Shown here in pieces: positions 1 to 13,500 of a stretch of 64,000 bases of DNA. The notes beneath the pieces were generated by a model. It made no database searches. It was not told the origin of the DNA and was given only the letters and a program-made list of their open reading frames with translations. A program made the translations under genes and the position numbers. The DNA is from Haplodiscus bocki (taxonomy: Eukaryota). Location of the stretch: contig OZ296656.1 in assembly GCA_965655095.1 (NCBI GenBank), positions 7,564,001 through 7,628,000 on the forward strand, read 5' to 3'. The first letter of the stretch is position 1. Every line of letters starts with the position of its first letter.

Positions 1-1056
1 TGTTTTCTTTGAGAATAAATCTTTGCTGAGTCTGTAAGTAGCAAAATCAGACTATTGTCATTCATTGTAAGTTTGTTTCGCTGAAACCTTGATTGACTCA
101 GTCTATCTAGTTTTGACCTTGAAAAATGTCGGAAAACTCCAAGTGACAAAATTATGTTTTTCGCTATCTACGACTGTTTGGTCCAAAAAACATTCCGGTA
201 TCTCCTCCTATGATTATTGTGGTTTGCTCACGTTGTAATAAAGTTCCTGTCAGACATCGACTGCCTGAAAGTTGAAACCTTTTACAAAAGAAATTGATTT
301 GGATTGTAGCGATGAAGACAATCAAGATTTAGATATTGAATCCAACAGTCGCCTTGCGTTGAGTCCAACCTATCAATCCTAAAAATCATTCTTTTCCCGA
401 AAAACTGAAACAAAGTGGTGTAGAAGTTGAATTATTTTAGTAGGCTCACTAGGTTTTTTGTGTTCGTGTGTTGCGATTACTTACGTTATTAGTTCGATCG
501 AACTGTGATCGGATGTTTTTAACCTCAGCCTCAGTTTAACCCTTGCAGTAAAATATCTAGCTTTTGTGGGTGGAATTGATACCTGAGCAAGAATTTCTTG
601 CGAGGAAACTTGGGGACTATTGATCCAATGAATTGAATATCCCAGACTGGTTGTCTCGTTATCAGAGAAACTGTTCCTCTTAATCAATTGATCGGAAAAC
701 TCGTTCTTCTCTCAGTTGAACTTGTTCCACTGGAAATGATTTTCCCTGAGAAGCTGTTGCTGCTCCAGAAGACAAATGTTCCAATTCATCCTTTTCGCAC
801 ACAAACTATACTCTTTTCAGGAGATAAAAGCTCATTTTTGTACCTTTGATAGATGTGTCCGCTAAATTTCAAAAAAGAGCCGACAGTTCTCAGGCTACAT
901 GGATCAGTCTCTTGTTTTATTGTGTTTTCCTATACAAGCTAAAATGTAAATCGATTATTTTTTTGACTGCTAATTTTTGCTTCTGTTTTGCCAAATTGCA
1001 ATTGTTACAACTTTGATTTCAATTTCCGATTCTTTCGTTGAACATTTGCACTTGGT

Positions 1057-4000
1057 ATGTCCTCAATTTAGAAGGAGAAGTTTTTTGTAAAAGCTTTGAA
1101 AACTAATTGGCGGAAAACACATTGGCGATTCTCATCAAGAGAAGTTCAATTTGGGCTTTTTTTCCACTAAACATGCCAGTTTCTCAATACGCTCTCATGC
1201 TGATCGCAACCTTCACGTTGCAAAGAAGCGTAGCTTATTACAACCAAAAGGAAACTACATAAATATCAACTTCGTCATCACTTAACTGCTTATAAAATTT
1301 CCTTCAGAACACACACACTGAACGTACACAACGCAAAACGTGTATCAAAAATCAAAAAATTTGGCGTGGCATATTTTTTGGAGAGTTTGAAATTGCGTGT
1401 TTGAATGAAGAACTGGAAGCCTGGAGGCACTTTCATGTGGATTGTGGGGAACAAAATGTGAGACACACAATATTCAAACATGTATTGGAGACCCTGGGTT
1501 GAAACACTTTGCGTCACAAATTACACAGAGTGTTCGAGAAGCTCAAGTTTGCAGCAAGGTTGAAGGTTGCAATTGGCTTCATGCTTAATGTTCCAGAAGA
1601 CGGGAGTTGTCGTTCTTCTAAAGGTCGCGAAAACAAAGTTTTGATGGAACGCTTTAAACTTGTAGCAATGAAACAAGGTTTGGTGAACATTAGAAAGGTG
1701 TTGGGTAACAATGATGTAATGGAAGCTTCCACAATAGAACTATCGAAGTCAGAGTGGAAAATTACTGATGTCAATTTTTCTGCTGCTCCTTCCTCAAAAG
1801 TTCACCTGAGGTGTGAAGACGCAGTTCTGCTTGAAACACTTACGAACAACCACATTGTCACTTCTCTGACTTACAAAGAGTACACGAGGAAACCGTGCCC
1901 AGACGTTTTATGTCTACTTGGAGCCCTCTCTCTGCATCCGTAAGGAAACGGAAAACTTAAGGGTGGAAATTCAAAAACTTTCATTGTCTTCCGAGAGGAA
2001 CTTGGAGGAACTGATCCAGCAAATCTTCAAGTTGTCCGATTGAGCAGCGTTAATTGCGGCAGACTTGTTTCAAATAAACACATTACTGTATGACCATAAC
2101 TTTGTGGATGTAGCAGTGATTTAAAAAAGAGCCAGGAGAGGTGTCGGTAAGTTATACAACAATTTACGACTGTTATATTACGATTGCAGAAACTGCTTTT
2201 TGTTGAAAACAGTGTACTCCTTGAAGCTTAACGCTGTCCATCAAACTTTTTTCAGGAAGAGCATCGATTTTGAAGCATGTTTTCATTACTTAAAAAGTAA
2301 TCTAGTAATTGAATTGTAGAAACCTTTAGAGAAAAATTGTAACACCTCACCAGACTTTGGATTCAACAGTGCAAGATACGAAATTAACCTTATCAGCAGT
2401 GACATACCAGCTCTTTTCGTAAACGAGAGTGATATTGAGCCCGTTGTTATCACAAACGTCAACAAATTTCCCTTTCAAGTTTGATACTTTACAACTTCCT
2501 GACATTTTGGACCTTAAAAGTGGTCCTAAAAATCTTTTTTTAGTCCGGAAAAATGAAAAGCTATTAGAAGCTAGACAATTTTCCCTAGGAACGCTTCAGT
2601 AGCCCAGATAAGTTGAACGGCAGAGAATTTCCCACTCACGTGGCCCTTCACAACAAACTAGGATTTTGTTATCTTCCTGAATACCAACGTTTTGATCATG
2701 AAAAACTGATCTGCAGTTTTATGATGACAGAGTTTGCCCTGATCACAATGAGACTCTGAAACAACACCTGCTGGGGTGGAGAACTGTTTGCACTGCCGTA
2801 AGGTGCGGAAGCACCAAAACATGCAGCCGGTCAAGGACACTTTGATCCATCACAATACCAAATCTTATGTACCAAGATTGGAGGCTTTGCGGAAGTTGAT
2901 GGAAATATATCAAAACAAAAGAAAGGATATTCTCAAAAACTTGGATGCTTTTCATTCGAAACAGTCACCATTTTCTGCACAATTCTACGAGTGTGAGGTT
3001 TGATCCATTTACAGAAGGTCATCAAGGTTCTCTCTCAAAATTCAGGGAAGTTTTGGTTAGAAGACTTTCAAAAATGTTTACACACAAAACGCCTTTTGAT
3101 GAGATTCACAGTAATACGTCCAAAAATGTTTGCAAATTCGCTGTTGGAAAAGATGCTAGTCAATTTTACACCAACCTAACGTGTCAGTCTATACCGAGAA
3201 GACTCTACAGAAAATACAAACTTGATGCAGAAGTACACAGAGTTAAGCTTAGTCTGGGAAAAGTAGAAGCTTCGGAAAATATGTCTTGTTCTACTTCCAA
3301 CGAACGATACCAGACTGTTAAAATGAGAGCTTCAATACAAGAGAAACTCAAAAAAAGATTGATTTTTAAAATGCAGATTGCTTTTGTGGTTATTGTAACA
3401 TGGTATTTGAACCAATAGGATATTTTTATCAATACTGCCTTTGTGAACAAGCACAACCTGCTCGAAGTGAAGAAATGGTTAAAAGTGGAACAAAAAATGG
3501 AATCTGATGAATTGCGATAACAGCATCTCAAAGAAAAACGTAGCACTGTTGTCAAAAAAGGAAGTGAGATTTGTGATTTGATGGTAAGAAAATACGTGAG
3601 GAAGTCTTTCCCATACAAACGTCGAAGGCACGGGATCAAACACTGGAGAATACAGAGAAATGTTCGACACTGTGATATTTTTGTCCCAGGGCATCTATGA
3701 GATCAACATGCTTTTTTCCGGCCAAATTCCTGGAAGTTCCAAAAGTAGTAGTCCAATTATGCCGAAAATAGCTGAGAAAAAAATTAACAACCCAATTGCG
3801 ACGAACGGTAGTATCTAATTTTGAGCTAATCAATGGTACCATCCTTTATGTTGTGCTACTTTTTTGCTTTGGAGATGAAATTATTCAGGTCAAAAGTTTC
3901 TTGATTCGCTGAGCACCCCTCGTGAAAAGTTCGTTTGTTATTTTGCAACCTGTTGTCAATCCTGTTTGTCAAGGTTAAGAGAATCCCACTCCCAATATTG

Positions 4001-4750
4001 TTGAAGGAAATCTGTCAACAACTCGTATGATTGTCAAAAAATGAACTACCTTCACTGTTTGATTACAAAATTTACAAAGGGTGAACGGATTTTTGCAGCG
4101 ATCCGCAAAAATACGAAACCTTGGGGCCAACCAGCGATCAAAATTGCGAAGTTGAACTCGAAAAAACTGGACTTGAAAAGCAATACCAACCATTTTGGGC
4201 TGCTTATCTTGCAGTACGCTAAATTAAGAACGTTTGAACACAACTGCAAATATTTCAGTAAAAAAAACCTTGCGATACTCACAAAAATGAGTGAATGGAC
4301 ATGGATGCCGATTTACCGTTTTCAGCACTAACATAAAAGGACTGATAAGTTTTTTTGAGAAACAGCAAGAATGGGAACGGTTAAAACGCAAACACTGTAG
4401 AGATTTGTGCACTTCAGACGCTTGTAGCATTGTTTTGCCCGACCATCTTTGAAAATCACGAAAAACCTGACAAAAAAGTTTGGGTTGTTCGAAAAATTTC
4501 GATGTGCTGAATTGTTGTGTTTGTGTAGTAACACATATACCTGTTACGACTCTCCCAGCAATATTTATACAATCAATTGCATTGGACTGATTGAGCGAAC
4601 ATTTGAAGACAGTGGAGATGTACGTATGGCAAAACAGGAGAAGTAACATCTAGAATTTATGGATTTTGCACAAAGAATCACAGTGTGGCAACCTACGAGC
4701 AGAGAAGGACACTGTTGCCTTCATAAGCACGCAATCCAGCAATTTCAGGG
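1057..4750 (+). pseudogene. Protein-primed family B DNA polymerase (pPolB) pseudogene with Vsr-like insertion
   Basis: Fragments across frameshifts and stops: N-terminal C2H2-like remnant (SHADRNLHVAKK ~1195-1230); ORF 1509-1943; motif A-like GKDASQFY..CQSIP (~3145-3195); insertion RTIPDC*NESF..NADCFCGYCNMVFEPIGYFYQYCLC (3301-3450); GLLILQYAKLR (~4200); GLFEKFRCAELLCLCSNTYTCYD (~4480-4550). Confidence 0.85.
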
Positions 4751-4801
4751 TCAGCAGTTGATAATGGTTGCAATTTTCTGTCAAGGAAAGTGTTTTCCCC
4801 A

Positions 4802-5001
4802 NNNNNNNNNNNNNNNNNNNNNNNNNNNNNNNNNNNNNNNNNNNNNNNNNNNNNNNNNNNNNNNNNNNNNNNNNNNNNNNNNNNNNNNNNNNNNNNNNNN
4901 NNNNNNNNNNNNNNNNNNNNNNNNNNNNNNNNNNNNNNNNNNNNNNNNNNNNNNNNNNNNNNNNNNNNNNNNNNNNNNNNNNNNNNNNNNNNNNNNNNNN
5001 N
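4802..5001. other. Assembly gap (200 N)
   Basis: Run of N. Confidence 1.
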
Positions 5002-6860
5002 TGCCAACTTTGTCTAAGTTTGTCAACGGAAGATCATTGTTCCTGCATTTGATGGAGGCGGCTTTGTTTGCCAGACAAAAATTACGAACTGCGTTCAACA
5101 TCATTTTTGGCACTTTCGGCAGTTTGATGAAGTTTTTTTAAAAAAAATACAGGTCGTGGCCACTCGAGATTTCTGCAACCGCAATTATCTTAAATTGATT
5201 GGCTGTTTTATTAAAGAATGTAGGCGATGTTTGTAAAAAAAATGGCATGCCAAAATGTTTTCTTAAGCTTCATTGTTTCATTGTGATTGAGAACACCCTT
5301 GATTTAAACGTTTTTGTTCTTCAGCTTCACTCCAGTTTGTTACTCGATGATTTTGTAGTTAAGATTGCGGAAAGTCTCCTCTGCATCATGCAAATTTCTG
5401 TTTTTGACTTTGTTTCCCATTTTGCGTCGTCACAGAAAACAACAATTTTCCGCGTATCCAATGAGTATTCAATTAAAAAAGAAGATCTTGCAGGTCTTTT
5501 GGAGCTTATTTCTCGCATCGAATTTAGTCTCGTATTTTTCAATCGAAACCTTCCTCCAGCCAAGAACTAAATCATGCAAAACGCCGTCTCCATGCAAACT
5601 ACCGACAGTATGTTCCTCTACAAACTTCTCACCGTTGAGTTAGAGAACCCGATAACGTCTTGGAAACAAACTTCAGGCATTCGTTTCATTGAGGCTTCAA
5701 TAAACATGGTTGTCAAACAGCCTTGGGTTGCAGTTAATTAGAATGATGAAATTTCTGAGCTAGTTTGTGGTGTGGAAGATGCATCGAGACGATGCATTCC
5801 TTTCATGGCTCTTCAGCTAGTTGATTTTAATTTCTCAGAAGTTGCGGGCGTTTCCGAAGTCGTGATACTATTCACATAGTCCCATTTTGTCCAAATGCTT
5901 GTGGTCTGAATTGTTTCGGTCAAGACCAAGCAGCAGCCAAAGCGCCACTTGCGTTCTCGTCTGATCGTCCGAGCACCAGCCAACTGGAAAAGAATTGCGG
6001 TAGTTACTCGTAAAACGGCTGGGAGCGTAAGTTGATCTACGGCCCAGGTTCTGCTTCTAGGGGGCGCGTGGTCCCACTATGACGAGAAACGTGATGAAAT
6101 TGAAAAATGTTATCAATCCAACAAACTGCAACCCAGGACTTTTTCACAGCAATGTTTACTGTAGCCTCACAGAACGGAAAGCCTTCATTCGGTTCTCGAA
6201 CTATTAGTATGTGCTCAGTTTTGCCAGCTAGAAACTAGCTGTGGACCGTATTGTCTGTAGCTTGTATGAAGAAGCGTTTGGCATGAAACACATTTTGGCG
6301 GGAACGAGTTTGAAAAATAGGAAAAATAGGAGACTAATTTCGACTCAAGAACGAAGCTCCGAAAGAGCTGTATGATCTTCTCTTTTAATCGAACACTAAT
6401 TGAATACGCGAGACAAAGCTTATTTTTTGACGACGCAAATGGAAAAAAGGTCACACCATTCAAGCGAAAACCTGTATGATCTGGGAGAAAAATTTCGCAA
6501 TGCTAAAACAGAAAAAACCGAAAAACGGAGTGGAATAAAGCTGGACAAAGAAACGGCCTATTTGAATGAAATAGTGAATGAAACTTCAGAAAACCATTTT
6601 GACATGCTTGGACCAAAATCAATTGTCGTAAAGACATCGCAACTTTTTGTGACAAAAACAGCCAATCATTTTGGGATAACTTCGGTTGCAGAAATCTTGC
6701 TTGGCCACGACCTGTAATTTTTATAAAAACTTCTAAGAATAGCCGAAAGTGCCAAAAATGATGTTGAACGCCGTTCGCAATTTTTGTCTGGCAAACAAAG
6801 CCAACTCCATCAAATGCAGGAACAATGATCTTCCGTTGACAAATTTAGACAAAGTTGGCA
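5002..6860. repeat. Inverted duplication: arms ~5002-5660 and ~6190-6860
   Basis: 5002-5120 is the reverse complement of 6742-6860 with 5 mismatches in 119 nt. Weaker similarity continues inward (e.g. 5155-5210 vs 6655-6715; 5570-5640 vs 6215-6290). Confidence 0.9.
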
Positions 6861-9800
6861 GAGTTGATTTTTTCAAATTTTCTCCACAAATATTTCTGCA
6901 ATGTTAGAGGATTAGATAACAAGTATTGTTGGAAATCTATGCTTTCAAAATAAAAAGATTCCCTCTGGGTTGCGCTTATCAACTTGATGTTTTTCTGTTA
7001 AAGTACCCAAAAAAAATGTTTTCTCGGAAGGAGAAACTATCTCAATTTTCTTTCCGACGAATTCATCGGGAAAGAGTCAAAACTTATTGGCTCGGAAGCA
7101 GAACGGAGAATGGTCCATTTATGAACACAATGCATCTCCTGTCAATATGAATCAGAACAATTTTGCGTTTTTTGCTTTTGAATTTTTTGGGATTTCAATT
7201 GTGCTCCAGTTAAAAATTTTCTTCCAAATGAGAAAAAATTTGACTGATTTTTTGACATTTTTGCACCGTTTTCCATTTTTCAATGTATTCATAATGCTTC
7301 CAAACAATAGATAACCAACCGAATCCTTTTCCAATAGATTCATCCAATCAAAAATCACAATATTCGAATGATAAGAAATTTCTACCCACGCGCTTTCACT
7401 ACATTTCTGGTTCGCGGCGTGATCTGATTTTGTTAAACACCATTCCTTTGTTTTGAAATTGAGGTTTATGCAGATGACTTGATCTTAGCTGAGTATTGTT
7501 GAGACAAACGTGGTGCAGTCTTCGTCCTTGTTCAAAATTTTATTGGCGGCGTACTATGAGAGAGTTTGAAGAATGTGGTTGAATATCAAGATTGAATCTT
7601 TCAACAAACAATCGCTGTTTGCAATTTCAGCTTTTTGCCGCATTTTAACCGCAGAACAGAAACCGTGAAAAGGACATCATATTGATCCTGAAACGTAAGT
7701 GGTTTTACATAGCCCCGATCCTAAATACTAAGGGATAGTAAATGTCTGCTGAAGCAAATACGCTGCACTACCTTTTTACTTTCAAGGCAACGAAGTTTAC
7801 TGCGGTCTGGAAGCAGAGAAAAATGTTTCGAAACTAGCATTGTTTAAAAAATATTTGGCATGACAAGCTCTCTTTTATGGTTGGAGTGTTGAATTTTGAC
7901 TTGGTAAGGTATCAAAGTATTCCTTTGTGTTCTCTCTGAACAGTAGAGAAACCCTCAGAAATGACACGAAAGTTACTGAGAAAAACAATCTGTTTCTGCA
8001 GTGAACATTTTTAACTATCTCTGTTTCATTGTACTCATAAATTTACTAATTAAGTGTAGTTCATTGGCAAAAGGTTGAATCTAAGATGCGAAAAAAAGGA
8101 AGTAGCAGAAGGTGCCCGGAAAACGAATTTTGAAATCAAGAAATAAATTGCTGGCTACATTACGGCGAACGCAAGTACAATTGGAAAAAGAATATCGCGA
8201 AGAATTGGGCTAGCACAACTACGCCGACGCCATTGTTTCCATGGGAAGACTGTTCGTTCTTATGGTTCAGTTACTGTGGTTAGGAAGTCGACAAAGAGTG
8301 TCGCAAACTCAGCGTTATGGGTTCCGTCTGCTGTTTTGCCCAAAACTTGCTTCGCCGAGTTGTAATATCTGATGAGAACTAGCTTCATTGAAGTTGACGA
8401 GCGTGTCAAATTAAATAGTACTGGGCAATTTATGCCCCCAAAAAATCAAAAATTCTCTTTTCGTGGAATTAGACGGCAGAAATCACACTGGAGAGTCCAG
8501 AATGCTCAAGGTTCCAAGCGAGGCTTGAAGTATTGCTGATTGAAGCACTCAAAAAATTTTTTTGACGAAATACAGATTTATGCAAAACTTTAGGATGAGC
8601 GCGCATTTCCATAATACTTGATAAATGGTTTTTCAAAAAAAGTTTTTTCTGTTCTTTTTCTTATCTGTTGTTCAGCATCCTAGAAAACAAGGCCTATTCT
8701 CCAATCTGATGTATTATGATTTCGAGGATTAGACGTCATTTTCGAAACAGGCTGATACACTCCTTGAAACTTGGAAGCTGAACTGATGACAGGAATTTTC
8801 GTAGGCACTTTTCGATTGTGGATACAGCGCATTCACAACTGTTTCAAATTTCAAACTGACACTCGTGAGTGTGTTTTTGTACTTGACTAGTTGATTGCAT
8901 TGTCAAAAAACTGAGACAATGTTGGCAATTTCCGACGTTTTCAAACATCATTTTGTTCTTGTTTTCAGTGAGATTGAGTGCACGTTCTTTGATTTCATCA
9001 TACATTTGAGTTTCATGAAACGCCCCTCAAAAAATAGTTCCTTGTTTTAGTAGCACCAGTTTGAAAACTGTCAAAAATGTTGGCTAGGTTAAAACTATGT
9101 TTCCAGAATACCTCTTCTATGACATTGATTTTTCATAACTGCAGGAGATAATTCGCATAAAAAAACTTGGTCCATTTTTTCCAAATTTGTATTCGAAGCC
9201 TTTTGTAATACCATTTAAAAACTCTTCGAACTGTTTTGGTATTTTGCTGTGAAAGCCTCGTCCTGAACGAATTGCAAACTTCCAGAAAATTTCAAGGTTT
9301 TGCGAACTTATCGAATAAATTCGGATGGGATTCCAACATTCATGTTTTCAAAGGCAAACACCATTTCTCGAAACCTATCGTGCTGGAGTAGTACTCTTTT
9401 GAGAAAGCATATTCCTCAACAAAATTCGATTTAGTGAGAATTTCGTTTTGTTGTTCGCTTTTCGGTCTTGATCGTGCACCGTTTTGTGAATCAAGCTTTC
9501 ATTTGAATACCGATATCTACAAGGACTGTTTTTGCCGTCGTTCTAAAGAATAATAGTACTTACCGAAGGCTTCAGCAGCTACCAATGAACGTATATTCAT
9601 TGTACAATTGGTTTTGGGACTGTTGATTACTTGTTTTTTAAGTGTTCTCACAGTTAAGAATCCAAAAAACATTGAAGTGTGTAAGCAACAAGATGGCCGC
9701 TTCAAAAATTCATGATTTCTAGCCTGTGTGAGACCACTGTAGTAATACTCTCAGTGTGCTGTTTGGCGTTGATAGAAATTTTTTACTTAAGTTCGGATGT

Positions 9801-10332
9801 TTGCATCTGAGTTTTTGGAGGTTAATTTTTGCAGGAGACATTTTTTTCATAAAGTCTTTTGGTTCAAGGTTATGGTTTATGATTGATTCACGTCCAATTG
9901 TTTTTCTCATAATTTTTGGGCACAAAGAAGGCTTTCGATCGCAACGTTGGCTGCACTCCCGAAAGTACGACAATTTTTGCGGCGATTACGTGACGTGTGT
10001 TGCTCTTCAGATGGACTTCTGGTTTGAAACCATTTAAGACTACCGTTGCCAATTCTTAGTAAAATGTTAAACTGACCCCAGCTTGTACAACAGTTGTTCA
10101 ATTGAACTTTTGATAGAGGCTCATAAAGAGGTCTTAGTCAGCGTTTTTGCTGTTTTCCCAACAGCGTGAGTTTTTGAGTGCGTATGGTTTATGAAGTGGT
10201 GCGACTAGAGCTCAATTGTTTTTCAATATGGCTTTTGGCCTCATTAAGGTTTGAAGGTCAATTACTTACTTGGAGTCAGAACTTCAGAAAACTTTTACCC
10301 ATAAGCTTGGAAAATTGAAGCTTATCATTCGG

Positions 10333-10479
10333 TAAATGCCATGTTTACTTTTCGTGATCTATAAACCAACATCTTTTTGATAATTTTCCACTCCCAAAAA
10401 AATACTTGTCAAAATTAAATTCTTCCTCAAACTTAATGTCTTGTAGTCTCCACTGCCATACCTGTCCTTCACCTTAACA
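10333..10479 (+). repeat. Direct repeat copy 1 (probable 3' part of 5' LTR)
   Basis: TAAATGCCATGTTTA..ACCAACATCTTTT..TAATGTC.TGTAGTCTC..CCTTAA aligns with 15259-15406; ends in CA immediately before the PBS-like motif. Confidence 0.6.
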
Positions 10480-10569
10480 GGTTATCACGATTAACGAGAA
10501 ACAATTGGGGAGTATCCGGAAATACGAAAAAATTCGTGACGCTCAAATTCTCCAAGTACAAGCCATTAC

Positions 10570-13500
10570 GATAATCTCCAATGGCTTTGTTTCTCTGGTG
10601 TCTCAGAAGTGATCCCAATCTCAAATACGGGGTTCCAGGCCTTTGCCCAAACCAAAGGTCTTTCTGGTAAAGTAATTGGTGATTTTTTACCACCAAATCC
10701 TCCTTGACGACTCGGCATTGAACCCACTAAAGATGAACGCCCTGTTCCGGACGAAGTTGAAGCAGCCTATTGAAAGGCGCTCGATGACACCGAGAAGCAA
10801 AAGAGAACCTTGTGGTGCTACCTGGCTACAAAACGGGATTCAAGAAGGATGATGTTAACCAAGCATGACTCTGTGGAAACTAAGGGCCTAGGCCATGGAC
10901 GCGAAGCGTGAATGTTACTTCAGCAACAGTTTCGAAGTGATGAAAGTGTGACAGCTGTCAATGCGAAGCAGTTACTGGTTCGCTTACAACAAATGCAAGA
11001 TGAGGCACTACATAACTTTTTCCTAAGTGCACAAAATTTGTCAGCGAGGCTCGAATATGCAAGGGAAAATCTTTTGGAACCCATGCTCAATGCGATAGTA
11101 CTAAATAGCTTACCAGAGAGCTATGAACACTTTGTAGTGAAGGAGAGCTTCAATCCTGCAAGCAGCCTTGAGGACCTCCGATCGAGACAAATGAACTTTG
11201 AAGAGAACCGCAAACACATGGTGTGTGAATGATGTTGACTTAAAGGTGGCGATCACGTGTAAGAAAGGCATACTGACGCACAAGTCCTTCAGTAAATATA
11301 ACGCAGCGCCTCTGTCAAGTTCCACACAACTAAAATGCTTTTGCTGTGGCATGGAAAGCCACATTAAAACTGAGTGTTACAAAAGGATAAAGCTGAGTGT
11401 AGTTACTTTGAGCAAAATGGCCACCTACTGCAAGATTGCATGAACACAGTCAGAGTTTTTCAGCCAGGATGTTTAGCTTGAACTTTAAAACCAGAAAAAG
11501 CTACAATTGAGGTGACAGAGCAAGATCTAATTGTAGACTCAGGGAGTCCAAACCATATGGTATTGAAAAAACATTTGTTCAAAAGTCTTAAAGAACTGAA
11601 CACAACTGTTACCAACCCCAATGGTTGTAAAACCTAAGTCCTAGGAGTCGGAGAAGTTGAAGGTGTAGCAAAAACTGTCAAAGGACGCACTAAGCCTTTG
11701 ATACTAAAAAAAGCTTTACGTGCCAGGTTAAGGAACTAATTTGATTTTTGTATCAAGTGTAATAGATAATGGACACGAAGCAGCCCATGAAAAGAAAAAC
11801 AGTTCTTTCCTGAAAGGCAAAGAAAAAACTGCCGTGACAGAAAAAAGAAAACTTTTCTTCTAACACATGACCCCAAAACAAGAAGTCCACATTCCTTATT
11901 CGAGTGGGGTGTCAAACGAAACAAAACTATGGCACAATTGTATGGGTCCCCTAAATTATAGGGACTTGCAAACCTCACTGCCTTAGATTTAAAAACCTCT
12001 GTTGAAAAAAAAGGAACTCGTTTTTTAGCAAAGACAACTAAAGCTCACATTCCGAAATGAAGCCTCAAAATCTCGTGCTTATACTGATGTTGGTGGTCCA
12101 ATAATATCTTCATCTGTAGATGATTTGCGAGATTTCGACACATTCAAAGATGAACACCAATCGCATGTGTTTGTGAACTTCATGCGACACTAAAGTCAAG
12201 CATTGAAAAAACTCAAGGATTACCCTGCAGAAAACGGTACTCCTAAAATATTACGGCCCGATATTGGTTTCGCATGTGAGAACAAAAGTTTCAAATACTT
12301 GTTCAAGACCAAAAGAATAAAGCGAGAATACATTTGTTCCCGAAATCCCGGAACAAAATTGTGTTGCAGAACGATACAACCGGACAATTGCAGAAACTTC
12401 TCAAAGTGTTGTAATGAGTCAGAATTTCCAATTTCCTCCTGGCTAAGAGCTGTTGACACAGCAGCTTACGTACGCAACTTTGTCAGAAAAAACATGAATG
12501 AAAAAAGCAACTACGACAATTTCTGATGTCGAAAACCAAAATCTGGACATTTCAATGCTTTCAAATGCCCAACTTACGGTGAAGATCGAAAACGTGATGA
12601 ATCAATGTTTAAACCCAAAGCTCGCAGTCACTTTTTCCTAGGCTATAGTAGCAACGACACTACCTATTTTTTGCGAAACGTCAAAACTGGAAAACTAACA
12701 CGAGCAGGAGATATCGTGTTTAATGAAAAGAATGTAGTTGGCTTTGGCAACGAATTGAGACAAGAAGGAGTTGATGTAACTTCTGACGATGAACATGAAG
12801 CGGGTGCAATCAAAACGTTGCAAAATAGACCTCAAGGAGGAAACTCTTGAAATAGAGACGATGCTTGAGTTGTAGTAGATGAAAAAACCTCACCAAATAG
12901 TGAGTCTGTAACTAGCAGGAGCCTTACGCTCATGCCACAAGTTCAAATTGAGAGTATGAATTGAATTCAGAATGAAAAAAACCTTATTTTCAGCACCGAG
13001 GTTCAAGCACAACATTTTCATCTCAGAAGTTTTGCTAGACCAAGCCTACCGAGACATGTAAAATTTCCTATTTTACAGGAGCGAACGTACCAGGCACTTG
13101 ACGTTCATCCAAAATCACAATTAGTTAAGCCAAAAACGAAAATCCCAAGCAAAATATACAAAACAAAAAAAATCATAAGATAGGACTAACTTCTAGTACT
13201 GATAATTGCATTGAGGGATGGGATGAACATTATCAGATGCGAGACACTATAAAGAAGCAAAAGAAGCAAAACGAGAGGAGAGATCACGTTCTCCTCCTGA
13301 AAGATGTGGCCAAAAATAAAGCTATATCTAAATGTGTTTTCCGAAAGAACCTGAAACATACAACACAGCTATATCTTCTGAAGAAAAAGAAAACTGGTTG
13401 CAAGCAATGCGAGAACAGCTTATATTTTTAGGTGACACCAACGCAAGGTTTTCACAAAAACATACGGAAACAAAAAGGTAATCCCAAAAAAATGGGTTTA

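Larger units (their letters stand above)
1..6900. mobile_element. Degraded Polinton/Maverick remnant (element C); termini not identified
   Basis: Contains a decayed protein-primed PolB (1057-~4750) flanked by ORF-like remnants at 1-1000 and 5002-6860. No TIR found; boundaries approximate. Confidence 0.7.

Noticed and set aside
7400-10050. Possible decayed DNA transposase fragments (e.g. RRVVISDE near 8355)
   Set aside because: Isolated short motifs; no catalytic triad or TIRs found.
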